NCBI GenBank assembly: GCA_965116495.1
Contig: OZ220696.1
Coordinates: 4,000,001-4,064,000, forward strand
DNA from: Gammaproteobacteria bacterium
Lineage (GTDB): Bacteria; Pseudomonadota; Gammaproteobacteria; Eutrophobiales; Eutrophobiaceae
Direction: 5' to 3'
Length of the DNA: 64,000 nucleotides
Both the position numbers and the translations under genes were made by a program. The notes below the pieces were generated by a model. It was not told the DNA's origin and did not search any database. It saw only the letters and a program-made list of their open reading frames with translations. Positions 36,315 to 46,089 of the stretch are shown here, piece by piece; within the stretch, counting starts at the first letter, position 1; every line of letters starts with the position of its first letter.

Positions 36315-37337
36315 ATGGGCAAGAAAGTCAATGTTGCAGTTGTAGGGGCAACGGGTGAGGTAGGAGGCGCCATGTTGTCCATCCTGGCAGAGCGGGATTT
36401 CCCGGTTGCCGGACTGCACGCAGTTGCCAGCAGCCGTTCTGCAGGAAAGCGGATCGAGTTCAGGGATGACGAACTGGTGGTCGAAGACCTGGATTCATTC
36501 GATTTTTCCGGTATCGATATCGGGCTGTTCTCCCCGGGAGGCTCCGTTTCCGCGGTACATGCGCCCCGTGCCGCTGCCGCGGGGACGATCGTGATCGATA
36601 ATACCTCGCAGTTCCGTTATGAGGACGATATTCCCCTGGTTGTACCGGAAGTGAATCCCGCAGCCGTAGTGCAACATGTCACGCGCGGCATTATTGCGAA
36701 CCCGAACTGTTCGACCATACAGATGGTCATGGCCTTGAAACCCGTTTACGACGCCGTGGGCATTGAACGCATCAATGTTGCCACTTACCAGGCCGTGTCG
36801 GGTAAGGGAAAAAAGGCAATTGAAGAACTGGAGCAGCAGACCATCGCCCTGTTCAACGGCAAACCGGTTTTGCCCACCGAGCATCCCCGGCAGATGGCGT
36901 TTAACGTGTTGCCCCAGATCGATGCATTTCAGGACAACGGCTATACCAGGGAAGAGATGAAGATGGTCTGGGAGACGCGCAAGATCCTGGGTGACGATGC
37001 AATACGGGTGAACCCCACCTGTGTCCGGGTGCCGGTCTTCTACGGTCATTCCGAGGCCGTGCATATCGAAACGAAGGAAAAGATCTCCGTTGCCGAGGTG
37101 AGAGCGCTATTGACCGATTTTCCCGGTGTCACTGTCATAGACGAACGGGAGGACGGCGGATACCCTACTGCCGTGACCGAGGCATCCGGGCATGACCCGG
37201 TCTTCGTCGGCAGGATCAGGGAAGACCTGTCTCATCCCAGGGGCATCGATTTCTGGGTGGTTTCCGACAATATCAGGAAGGGAGCGGCGTTAAACAGTGT
37301 TCAAATTGCGGAATATCTGCTAAAACATCATTTTTGA
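36315..37337 (+). CDS. asd: Aspartate-semialdehyde dehydrogenase
   Basis: VVGATG, ANPNCSTIQ and DNIRKGAALN motifs. Confidence 0.96.
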   Translation: MGKKVNVAVVGATGEVGGAMLSILAERDFPVAGLHAVASSRSAGKRIEFRDDELVVEDLDSFDFSGIDIGLFSPGGSVSAVHAPRAAAAGTIVIDNTSQFRYEDDIPLVVPEVNPAAVVQHVTRGIIANPNCSTIQMVMALKPVYDAVGIERINVATYQAVSGKGKKAIEELEQQTIALFNGKPVLPTEHPRQMAFNVLPQIDAFQDNGYTREEMKMVWETRKILGDDAIRVNPTCVRVPVFYGHSEAVHIETKEKISVAEVRALLTDFPGVTVIDEREDGGYPTAVTEASGHDPVFVGRIREDLSHPRGIDFWVVSDNIRKGAALNSVQIAEYLLKHHF

Positions 37338-37374
37338 CTGCCTGTACGGATTTACGCAGAGGGGGAAAGCCGGG

Positions 37375-38988
37375 GTGAATCAGAGAAAATCAACAATTCA
37401 GATATTATTTTACTGTTTACTGTTGATACTTGTGCCCGCTTCGGCGTATGCCTTGAACCTGGGGGAAATCAACCTGAAATCGGCCCCGGGCGAACCGCTG
37501 GAGGCTGAAATTCAGTTGCTGGGTGTGGCGCCGGACGAACAGGACAGCCTGACCGTCGGCCTGGCGGATGTCGCCGGGTTTCGCTGGGCCGGCATACAAT
37601 GGTCCCCGGTCCTGAACCAGTTGCAATTTGAGCTGAAGCGCGGCGCGGATGATATGGACTACATCCGTATCCTCAGCAGTGAAGTGGTTCAGGCGCAACG
37701 GTTACATTTTCTATTGAAAGTGGCCTGGTCCAGGGGGCGGCTGTTCAGGGAGTATACCCTGGAACTCGGTACGCCGCCGTACGTCTCGGGTGAACAGCCG
37801 GGTCAGGCTGTCTCGCAACCTGCCGCCGTGCCTGCCGCTGAACGCGATTGGGACAAGGTAAGGGCAGCAGTCGGCGCGGCCCGCAATTACGGGCCGGTTG
37901 TCCGGTTCGATACCCTGTGGTCGCTTGCCCGGGAACTGCGCCCGGACGCTTCGGTCTCCATACAACAAATGATGCTGGCCCTGTTGCGAACCAACCCGGA
38001 TGCCTTCAGTTACGGTAATATCAACCGGTTGAAGGAAGGCGCAGTCCTGTGGATGCCCAATAACTTCGAATTAAAGGCGCTTTCCGGGTCCGAGGCGTAT
38101 GCCGAAGTACTGGCCCAGAACAACGTCTGGCGCGAGGCTCGCGGCTACGCCAGCATTGATACGGGCTTGCCCACTGAGCCCGCCACGGTTGCCGTTGACG
38201 GGGGGCTGCGCCTGGTTGCGGTTGCCGAGGAAGACCGGGAAGATAACGGCGCCGCGGCTGTCGACCCGGACGGGACTGCCCGGGCGGAAGCGCTGGCGCT
38301 GGCAAATGAGCAGGTCGAAGGGTTGTCACAGGAAAAAATTGACCTTGAAGACAAGCTGTCTGAATCTGAAACTATCATCAAAGATCTGAGGCGTCTGGTT
38401 GAGCTCAAGGATGACGAATTGGCTGCCTTGCAGGGGCAAGAGCTGAGTGAACAGGCAGAGCCGGGCCCCGGTCTGGTGGAGCGATTGGAGTCATTCCATG
38501 ACTCAACGATTGAGCCGACGTACAACCTGGCCAGGGATAACTGGCGGGTCGCGCTTGCCTGCCTCGTAGCGCTGCTCCTGGCCGGGTGGTGGTTGCTGCG
38601 CAGAAAATCCGCTAATGCCGTGGGTGGACTGACGATCCCGGCGGCCACAATTCGGCCCGATTTTGTCAAGGTGACCCGCGGCGAAAAAGCGGCTCCCCCG
38701 GAAGAAATCATAGAGAGAGAGGATGATTTCGCAAACGAAATTGAAGCGGAGGAAGAGGAATCCCGTGATGAAACTGAAGCAGCTTTGGATGACAATCAGG
38801 AGGATGGAGGGCAGGGCGAAGATGACGAAGAGGACATGGTGCAGAATAAACTTGAACTCGCCAGGGCGTATCTTGAGCTTGGCGATGCGGAAAACGTCCG
38901 TTCCATCCTGCATGAGGTCCTGTCCGAAGGGAATGCAGCGCAAAGGGAAAAGGCCCGGCAATTACTGGAGCAGACCGCATCAGAGTGA
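37375..38988 (+). CDS. fimV: FimV/HubP polar landmark protein (short form)
   Basis: LGEINLKS..GEPL.AEI, DTLW, NPDAF..NINRL, TM helix, acidic linker, KLELARAY; asd-fimV-truA synteny. Confidence 0.88.
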   Translation: MNQRKSTIQILFYCLLLILVPASAYALNLGEINLKSAPGEPLEAEIQLLGVAPDEQDSLTVGLADVAGFRWAGIQWSPVLNQLQFELKRGADDMDYIRILSSEVVQAQRLHFLLKVAWSRGRLFREYTLELGTPPYVSGEQPGQAVSQPAAVPAAERDWDKVRAAVGAARNYGPVVRFDTLWSLARELRPDASVSIQQMMLALLRTNPDAFSYGNINRLKEGAVLWMPNNFELKALSGSEAYAEVLAQNNVWREARGYASIDTGLPTEPATVAVDGGLRLVAVAEEDREDNGAAAVDPDGTARAEALALANEQVEGLSQEKIDLEDKLSESETIIKDLRRLVELKDDELAALQGQELSEQAEPGPGLVERLESFHDSTIEPTYNLARDNWRVALACLVALLLAGWWLLRRKSANAVGGLTIPAATIRPDFVKVTRGEKAAPPEEIIEREDDFANEIEAEEEESRDETEAALDDNQEDGGQGEDDEEDMVQNKLELARAYLELGDAENVRSILHEVLSEGNAAQREKARQLLEQTASE

Positions 38989-38994
38989 CGTCTC

Positions 38995-39786
38995 ATGTTA
39001 AAGATTGCCGCCGGTGTTGAATACGACGGATCGAAATATTCGGGATGGCAAAGACAAAAACACTCGCCGTCCGTGCAAGAGCATGTGGAAGCAGCCTTGT
39101 CGGCAGTCGCCGACCATCCGCTTTCGGTAACCTGTGCCGGCAGAACGGATGCCGGGGTACACGCGCTCAACCAGGTTATTCATTTTGAGTCAGGTGCTGT
39201 GCGGGATACCCATTCCTGGGTATTCGGCGCTAATTCCCACTTGCCCGGGGACATCAGTTTAACTTGGGCAAAACCTGTCCAGGTTGATTTTCATGCGCGC
39301 TACTCGGCAATGAGTCGCGTTTATAAATATATTATCCTGAACCGCCCGGCGCGGCCGGGACTGGGACATGGCTGTGTAACCTGGGAATGCCGCCGCTTGG
39401 ATTCCGACAGGATGTCCACGGCGGCCCTGTCATTGGTCGGTGAGCATGATTTTACTTCTTACAGGGCAAAATCCTGCCAGGCAAAAACACCCGTCAGAAA
39501 CGTATTGAACCTGAGCGTCAAACGGGATAACGAGTATGTCATTATTGTTATTGAAGCCAATGCCTTCCTGCATCACATGGTGCGCAATATCGCAGGCGTG
39601 TTGATGGAGATTGGAATGGGCAAGCGCGCAGTCGGCTGGGAACTTGACGTGCTTCACGCGAAAAGCAGGGACCACGGCGGTGTGACCGCTGCGCCGGACG
39701 GTCTGTGCCTTACGGGAGTGAACTATCCTGAAAAATATGGAATTCCGGGACAACACACGGACCGTTATTCGGATTACTATATATAA
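38995..39786 (+). CDS. truA: tRNA pseudouridine(38-40) synthase
   Basis: YDGS..GWQ, AGRTDAGVHA and FLHHMVRNI motifs. Confidence 0.97.
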   Translation: MLKIAAGVEYDGSKYSGWQRQKHSPSVQEHVEAALSAVADHPLSVTCAGRTDAGVHALNQVIHFESGAVRDTHSWVFGANSHLPGDISLTWAKPVQVDFHARYSAMSRVYKYIILNRPARPGLGHGCVTWECRRLDSDRMSTAALSLVGEHDFTSYRAKSCQAKTPVRNVLNLSVKRDNEYVIIVIEANAFLHHMVRNIAGVLMEIGMGKRAVGWELDVLHAKSRDHGGVTAAPDGLCLTGVNYPEKYGIPGQHTDRYSDYYI

Positions 39787-39813
39787 TCCCATGCCGGATA
39801 GTCAGGAGGATAA

Positions 39814-40443
39814 ATGACTCCAGGTCGAAGGGTAAGGGCAAAGATCTGCGGGATTACCCGCATCGAAGATGCCCGTGCTGCAATCGACGCGGGGGCCGAT
39901 GCCCTGGGCTTCGTCTTCTACCGGGCCAGTCCCCGCTATATCGCGCCGCGCCCGGCACAGGAAATCATCAGCCGGTTGGCGCCGTTCCCGGCAAAGGTCG
40001 GGCTGTTCGTTGATCCGGACAGGGACTTTGTTTCTGCCGTGCTGGAGACGGTCAACCTGGATCTTATCCAGTTTCACGGGGATGAGGATCCCGCTTTTTG
40101 CCGCAGTTTCGACAGACCTTATATCAAGGCTGTGAGGATGGCGCATGATGTTGATTTACAGGAGAAGTGCCGGCGCTATGCCGATGCCGCGGCCCTGTTG
40201 CTGGACAGCTATTCCGAAACCGTCCATGGCGGGACCGGCGCCAGTTTTGACTGGAGTTTAATGCCGGCCGGATTATCGAAGCCCATCATCCTTGCCGGGG
40301 GGTTGACGGTTGCAAACGTCGGCCGAGCCATAGTCGCCTGCAAACCGTATGCGGTTGACGTAAGCAGCGGCGTCGAACTTGACAAGGGGGTCAAGGATAA
40401 GACGAAAATGATCGCATTCATACGAGAGGTATTAAATGGTTAG
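39814..40443 (+). CDS. trpF: Phosphoribosylanthranilate isomerase
   Basis: KICGIT, QFHGDE, LAGGL and VDVSSGVE motifs. Confidence 0.96.
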   Translation: MTPGRRVRAKICGITRIEDARAAIDAGADALGFVFYRASPRYIAPRPAQEIISRLAPFPAKVGLFVDPDRDFVSAVLETVNLDLIQFHGDEDPAFCRSFDRPYIKAVRMAHDVDLQEKCRRYADAAALLLDSYSETVHGGTGASFDWSLMPAGLSKPIILAGGLTVANVGRAIVACKPYAVDVSSGVELDKGVKDKTKMIAFIREVLNG

Positions 40444-40461
40444 GATATTTGAGGTCAGTCC

Positions 40462-40486
40462 GGGGACAGAATTCAATTCTCTCCCC
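40462..40486. repeat. 25-bp GGGGAC-family palindrome (1 mismatch)
   Basis: GGGGACAGAATT-C-AATTCTCTCCCC. Confidence 0.85.
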
Positions 40487-40506
40487 TCTGTGGCTAAAAA
40501 GGCAGC

Positions 40507-41700
40507 ATGATGTCGGTACCGGATGAACACGGCCATTTCGGCGTTTATGGCGGCCGATTCGTCGCAGAGACATTGATTGAGCCGTTGGAGGAGTTGACCA
40601 GGGCCTACACGAAGTACATAAACGATGAAGAATTCCTGGCGGAATTTTACCGTGACCTGAAGACGTTCGTGGGCAGGCCGTCACCCCTGTATCACGCGCA
40701 GAGGTGGAGCGAAAAACTGGGCGGCGCCCGGGTCTACCTCAAGCGGGAGGATTTAAATCATACCGGCGCCCATAAGGTCAATAATACGGTCGGCCAGGCC
40801 TTGTTGGCAAAGAGAATGGGGAAGACCCGTATCATTGCGGAAACCGGCGCGGGGCAGCACGGTGTGGCTACCGCTACCGTTGCCGCCCGCATGGGCCTGG
40901 AGTGCGTCGTGTACATGGGCGCCGAAGATATACAACGCCAGGCCGTGAACGTATTCCGGATGAAGTTACTGGGGGCCGAGGTCGTGGAAGTCACCTCCGG
41001 TTCGCAGACCCTGAAAGACGCCATGAACGAAGCCATGCGGGACTGGGTAAGCAATGTCGATGATACGTTCTATATTATCGGGACCGTGGCGGGGCCGCAT
41101 CCCTACCCGGTACTGGTCAGGGACCTGCAATCGATCATAGGCAGGGAAACCCGGCAACAATGTCTCGAACTGACGGGCAAACTGCCCGATGTTCTCATAG
41201 CCTGTGTCGGCGGTGGATCCAATGCGATAGGGTTATTTTATCCATTCCTGAATGATACATCGGTCAGGTTAATCGGCGTGGAGGCCGGTGGCCTGGGCCT
41301 GCAGAGCGGCCGCCACGCGGCCCCGTTAAGCGCCGGCAAACCCGGTGTCCTGCATGGCAACCGGACTTACCTGATGGAAGACGAGCATGGACAGATCAGC
41401 CCGACCCATTCCATTTCTGCCGGGCTTGATTACCCGGGCGTAGGTCCGGAACATGCCTGGTTAAAGGATAGCGGCAGGGTGGAATATGCCACGGTAAATG
41501 ACACGGAGGCTATTGCCGCATTTCATGACCTGACCCGTACCGAGGGGGTCATGCCGGCGCTGGAATCAAGTCATGCCCTGGCATACACACCGGAGATTGT
41601 CGCACAGGTGGGCAGGGACGCAACGATTATCATCAATCTTTCCGGCCGTGGCGATAAGGATATTGAGACGATCGCGACCATGGAGGGAATAACACTTTAA
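40507..41700 (+). CDS. trpB: Tryptophan synthase beta chain
   Basis: [25 protein letters not shown] and SGRGDKD motifs. Confidence 0.98.
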   Translation: MMSVPDEHGHFGVYGGRFVAETLIEPLEELTRAYTKYINDEEFLAEFYRDLKTFVGRPSPLYHAQRWSEKLGGARVYLKREDLNHTGAHKVNNTVGQALLAKRMGKTRIIAETGAGQHGVATATVAARMGLECVVYMGAEDIQRQAVNVFRMKLLGAEVVEVTSGSQTLKDAMNEAMRDWVSNVDDTFYIIGTVAGPHPYPVLVRDLQSIIGRETRQQCLELTGKLPDVLIACVGGGSNAIGLFYPFLNDTSVRLIGVEAGGLGLQSGRHAAPLSAGKPGVLHGNRTYLMEDEHGQISPTHSISAGLDYPGVGPEHAWLKDSGRVEYATVNDTEAIAAFHDLTRTEGVMPALESSHALAYTPEIVAQVGRDATIIINLSGRGDKDIETIATMEGITL

Positions 41701-41830
41701 GGAATAAACAGCTCAGCAGTTTCCGCAGCCCCCGCCGCGGAACAGCGCGCGCTCCTGAAAATAAACCTGTCCCCTTTACCCCGTTTGTTGTAGTCTATTG
41801 CGTTTAAATACCATTGGTTTTCGTCAACAG

Positions 41831-42640
41831 ATGAGTCGTATTTCATCCACATACCAGGCGCTTAAACAGCATAACAGAAAGGCCTTGATCCCCTTTATCA
41901 CCGCCGGAGATCCCGCTCCGCCGGTTACACTCGAGATCATGCATTCCCTGGTGCGGCACGGGGCTGATTTAATTGAGCTGGGCGTTCCGTTTTCAGACCC
42001 GATGGCGGACGGCCCGGTGATTCAACGCGCCAATGAACGGGCATTGACACAGGGAGTCTCACTGGCGGATGTTTTGCAGATGGTTGAACAATTCCGCCAG
42101 TCCGATATCCGTACCCCGGTAATTTTGATGGGTTACTTGAACCCCATAGAAATCTTCGGCTACGAGGAGTTCGCCCGGAATGCCGCTGCGGCCGGTGTTG
42201 ACGGGGTCATAATCGTGGATATGCCGCCCGAAGAGGCGGTGTCGCTCAACCGGCTGTTGCGCGCCAGCCAAATCGACCAGATTTTCCTGGTGACCCCCAC
42301 TACCACCGAGCAGCGGATTAAAGTTATAGACGGGATTGCCTCCGGGTTTCTGTATTATGTCTCCGTGAAAGGGACGACCGGCGGCAAGGGAGCTGACCCG
42401 GATGAGATAAAAACAAGGTTGCGCCTGCTGAGAAGCAAAACCGGTTTGCCCCTGGCTGTCGGTTTCGGGATAAAAGATGCCGAAACGGCTGCGCGGGTAG
42501 CAGGTTATTGTGATGCCGTCGTCATCGGCAGTGCCCTGGTTGAAACGATCCATGCTGCCGCAACTGCAGGATGGGACATTGCAGACCGGGCCGGCTCTTT
42601 TGTCGCGCCTGTCAGACATACCCTGGATAAGGCGGCATAG
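41831..42640 (+). CDS. trpA: Tryptophan synthase alpha chain
   Basis: ELGVPFSDPMADGPVIQ and VGFGI motifs. Confidence 0.97.
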   Translation: MSRISSTYQALKQHNRKALIPFITAGDPAPPVTLEIMHSLVRHGADLIELGVPFSDPMADGPVIQRANERALTQGVSLADVLQMVEQFRQSDIRTPVILMGYLNPIEIFGYEEFARNAAAAGVDGVIIVDMPPEEAVSLNRLLRASQIDQIFLVTPTTTEQRIKVIDGIASGFLYYVSVKGTTGGKGADPDEIKTRLRLLRSKTGLPLAVGFGIKDAETAARVAGYCDAVVIGSALVETIHAAATAGWDIADRAGSFVAPVRHTLDKAA

Positions 42641-42649
42641 CGAAGTGTC

Positions 42650-43513
42650 ATGAGCTGGCTGGATAAATTACTTCCCTCGAGAATAAAAACCAACAGCACC
42701 AATCGCCGGTCTGTGCCGGAGGGTGTGTGGACGAAATGCGATAGCTGTAATGCGACGCTTTATCGCGCGGAACTGGCGCGTAACCTGGAAGTTTGTCCGA
42801 AATGCGGCCACCATATGCGTATCGGCGCCCGGGCCAGGCTGGACAGCTTTCTCAACCCGGACGAACGGGTCGAGATCGGTTCTCACATCAAACCGGTAGA
42901 CAAGTTAAGATTTCGCGACAGCAGGAAATACAAGGAAAGACTGACAAGCGCCCATAAGGAAACCGGTGAAAATGACGCCCTGGTAACGGTTATGGGCAAG
43001 GTAAAAACAGTATCCCTGGTTGCCGCTGCATTTGAATTTGAATTTATGGGCGGTTCCATGGGATCGGTCGTGGGAGAGCGGTTTGTGCGCGCCGTGGATA
43101 CCTGTATGGAACATGATGTTCCGCTGGTCTGTTTCTCCGCAAGTGGCGGCGCACGCATGCAGGAAGCCCTGATTTCGCTTTTCCAGATGGCAAAAACAAG
43201 CTCGGCCCTGGGTAAACTGCGCAATGCCGGTTTGCCTTATATCTCGGTTCTGACAAATCCTACAATGGGTGGTGTGTCAGCGAGCCTGGGCAGCCTGGGA
43301 GATATCAATATTGCAGAACCGGGCGCTTTGATAGGCTTTGCCGGCCCCCGCGTCATTGAACAAACCGTACGCCAGACCCTGCCTGAGGAATTTCAGAAAA
43401 GTGAGTTTTTACTGGAACACGGGAATATCGATATGATTTCGGACCGGCGTGAAATGCGGGACAAGATAGTATCATTATTATCCATCCTGTGTCATAAACC
43501 GCGCGTCGTTTAA
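42650..43513 (+). CDS. accD: Acetyl-CoA carboxylase carboxyltransferase beta subunit
   Basis: Zinc ribbon, [18 protein letters not shown] and [10 protein letters not shown] motifs. Confidence 0.97.
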   Translation: MSWLDKLLPSRIKTNSTNRRSVPEGVWTKCDSCNATLYRAELARNLEVCPKCGHHMRIGARARLDSFLNPDERVEIGSHIKPVDKLRFRDSRKYKERLTSAHKETGENDALVTVMGKVKTVSLVAAAFEFEFMGGSMGSVVGERFVRAVDTCMEHDVPLVCFSASGGARMQEALISLFQMAKTSSALGKLRNAGLPYISVLTNPTMGGVSASLGSLGDINIAEPGALIGFAGPRVIEQTVRQTLPEEFQKSEFLLEHGNIDMISDRREMRDKIVSLLSILCHKPRVV

Positions 43514-43518
43514 CGCCC

Positions 43519-44847
43519 ATGAGTTCAGTCCCGAAAGTACTGACCACGCCGATACAGGATCCCGCACCCAGGTTTTCTTACCTGGTAGACTGGCTGGCAT
43601 GGCAGGAAAGCCTGCATTTCACTGCCATAGAACTGGGTCTGGACCGCTGCAACAAGGTGGCTGAGAGAATGGGTCTGCTGCAACCGGACAGCAAGGTGAT
43701 CAGCATATCCGGCACTAACGGAAAAGGGTCCAGCGCGGCGATGCTGGATGCGATGTTGAGACAATCCGGTTACAGGGTCGGAGCATACACTTCACCACAC
43801 TTAACCAGGTACAACGAGCGGATTTGTATTGACGGCAGGCAGGTAACGGATGACCAGTTGTGCCATTCATTTAACCGCATTGACCAGGCGCGCGGAGATA
43901 TTTCCCTGACCTATTTCGAGTTCGGCACCCTGGCCGCCCTGGATATCTTCCAGCGTTCAGAGTTGGACATCATTATCCTGGAGGTCGGGCTGGGCGGCCG
44001 GCTGGATGCCGTCAATATACTGGATGCCGATATTGCCCTGGTAGTGACGATTGACCTGGACCACGAGAAATGGCTGGGTTATACCAGGGAAAGCATCGGC
44101 AGGGAAAAGGCGGGGATATTCAGACGCGACCGCCCGGCAGTCTGCTCGGACCTGGCCGCGCCGGACTCCATTTCAGCCTATGCACAGGAAGCAGGCGCGT
44201 TGCTGTACCAGGCGGGGCAGGACTTTACCTGTGCGATGGGTTCGGATACCTGGACCTGGAAGTGTACGGACAAGGTTTATGAAGGTCTACCCAAGCCCGG
44301 TGTCAATAATACCAGGCAGGTACAAAATGCCGCCGGTGTGCTGATGGCGCTGGAAACCATGGCCGGTGAATTTCCGGTCAGCCAGGAAACAATCAGGGCC
44401 TGTCTGCGGGATTTTCGACTTGCCGGCCGGTTTCAGGTTATCCCCGGGGAGATTCCCTGTATCCTGGACGTCGCGCATAATCGGCAGGCCGTTTCGGCAC
44501 TGGTCGAAAATGTAAGGAAAATTCCCTGTCACGGCGAAACACATATCGTGATAGGTATGCTCAAGGATAAAAATCATGCCGCCGTGTTCGAGGAGTTGGA
44601 GGAAATTGCCGACTGCTGGTATGTAGCTGAGTTGCAGGCGGATCGAGCGGCAAGCCTGACAGAATTAACCGGTGCCTTGGGAAAATATGAAGATGAGGCG
44701 AAAATCAAGCAGTTCCGGACTGTCAATGAAGCGCTGGCAGATGCCGAAGCCTGTTGTTATATCGGTGACAGGATCATTGTTACCGGGTCGTTCGTAACCG
44801 TCGGCACTGCAATTGATTACCTGAAGCGTAATTGGGGGCGGAATTAA
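43519..44847 (+). CDS. folC: Dihydrofolate/folylpolyglutamate synthase
   Basis: GTNGKGS, EVGLGGRLDAVN and DVAHN motifs. Confidence 0.96.
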   Translation: MSSVPKVLTTPIQDPAPRFSYLVDWLAWQESLHFTAIELGLDRCNKVAERMGLLQPDSKVISISGTNGKGSSAAMLDAMLRQSGYRVGAYTSPHLTRYNERICIDGRQVTDDQLCHSFNRIDQARGDISLTYFEFGTLAALDIFQRSELDIIILEVGLGGRLDAVNILDADIALVVTIDLDHEKWLGYTRESIGREKAGIFRRDRPAVCSDLAAPDSISAYAQEAGALLYQAGQDFTCAMGSDTWTWKCTDKVYEGLPKPGVNNTRQVQNAAGVLMALETMAGEFPVSQETIRACLRDFRLAGRFQVIPGEIPCILDVAHNRQAVSALVENVRKIPCHGETHIVIGMLKDKNHAAVFEELEEIADCWYVAELQADRAASLTELTGALGKYEDEAKIKQFRTVNEALADAEACCYIGDRIIVTGSFVTVGTAIDYLKRNWGRN

Positions 44848-44857
44848 TTCCGTCCCC
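44834..44857. repeat. 24-bp GGGGAC-family palindrome containing the folC stop codon
   Basis: GGGGGCGGAATTAATTCCGTCCCC, 23/24 identical to the 15762 copy. Confidence 0.9.
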
Positions 44858-44870
44858 TGTGGAACTGGAA

Positions 44871-45437
44871 ATGGAACAGAAATTAAAAGAAAGACTTACC
44901 GGAGCTGTCGTTCTGATTTTGCTGGCCGTGATCGTTGTCCCCCTGCTCCTGGATGATACCCGGCGAGTGGATACCAGGATCACGGCAACCAACATCCCGG
45001 AAAAACCGGATGACAAATTCACAACGCGGTTGGTGCCCATCCTGGAACAGGATGAAATCCTCCCGGGAGCAGATCTGGAGGAAGCTATTCCGGCCCCGGT
45101 CGATGCGAAAGACGCAACCATCGCCGAGGCGCCGGACCCGGATGAACCCACAGAAACTGCACCCGATGCAGGCGCTGAACCGACAAACAAGGATTTAACC
45201 GGTTGGGTTGTTCAGGTCGGCAGTCTTTCCAGGGCAAATGCCGATAAACTTAATGATCAACTGCGGCAAGCAGGGTATCGCTCATACGTTGTTGATGAGC
45301 CGGTAACAGCGAAAGACGGTTCCCTGTTGTACCGGGTAAGAATAGGGCCTGAGGTGCTACGTTCGGAAGCATTGAAATTGAAAGCGGAATTAAAGAAGGA
45401 AATGAAACTGGATGGTTTTGTATTGAACTATCCGTGA
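44871..45437 (+). CDS. dedD: DedD-like SPOR-domain cell-division protein
   Basis: LKERLTGAVVL TM segment, C-terminal WVVQVGS..YRVRIGP; folC-dedD-cvpA synteny. Confidence 0.9.
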   Translation: MEQKLKERLTGAVVLILLAVIVVPLLLDDTRRVDTRITATNIPEKPDDKFTTRLVPILEQDEILPGADLEEAIPAPVDAKDATIAEAPDPDEPTETAPDAGAEPTNKDLTGWVVQVGSLSRANADKLNDQLRQAGYRSYVVDEPVTAKDGSLLYRVRIGPEVLRSEALKLKAELKKEMKLDGFVLNYP

Positions 45438-45444
45438 CCTGATC

Positions 45445-45951
45445 GTGGAAGGCGTAGACATAGGCATTCTGGTAATTCTGTTCCTGCCTGCAATCATGGG
45501 ATTGCTGTACGGCTTATTACATCTCCTGTTTTCGATTGCCGCATGGATAATGGCCGCCGTGACGGCGACTAAACTCAGCGGGTTATTTTCTCCCCTGTTG
45601 GCTGATCATATGGAACCGGTACTCAGGAATGTCATCGCATTTGCCGGCGTCTTTGTTATCAGCCTGGTAATCTTTACGGCGTTGGGATATTTCATTGTAA
45701 AGTTACTCGGCAGGACAGGGTTGACCGCCGTTGACAGGTTTCTGGGTTTTTTCTTTGGGATTGGGCTGGGCGGCGCGACAATTACCATCCTCGTATTCCT
45801 GGCCGGCTTTACGGTAATATCTAAACATGAATGGTGGCATGAGGCGGTGCTGATTGAACCGTTCCAGCGTGCCTGCGTGTGGGGGCAGCGCTTTCTTTCG
45901 GAAGACATCGCTGTTTATCATCGATATGAACTTTCTCCGTCAGCAGAATAA
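45445..45951 (+). CDS. cvpA: CvpA-family membrane protein
   Basis: Four TM helices, GLTAVDRFLG motif; upstream of purF. Confidence 0.9.
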   Translation: MEGVDIGILVILFLPAIMGLLYGLLHLLFSIAAWIMAAVTATKLSGLFSPLLADHMEPVLRNVIAFAGVFVISLVIFTALGYFIVKLLGRTGLTAVDRFLGFFFGIGLGGATITILVFLAGFTVISKHEWWHEAVLIEPFQRACVWGQRFLSEDIAVYHRYELSPSAE

Positions 45952-45979
45952 AGAGGGCCGGGGACCAGGGCGGACATCA

Positions 45980-46055
45980 GGGGACAGCCCCCTGCTTACA
46001 ACCCTGCCTCGAGGGCCAGGGCAGGCATGCAGGGACATGCTTACAATCTGTCCCC
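45980..46055. repeat. About 75-bp MITE-like element copy 1
   Basis: GGGGACAG...CTGTCCCC ends; near-identical to 49431-49505. Confidence 0.9.
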
Positions 46056-46089
46056 GGCAGTTTGTCCCAGCTAGCTTACAGTAGAGAAA

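Noticed and set aside
37375-38988. fimV as a truncated pseudogene
   Set aside because: Both terminal domains and the TM helix are present in one frame; linker length is naturally variable.
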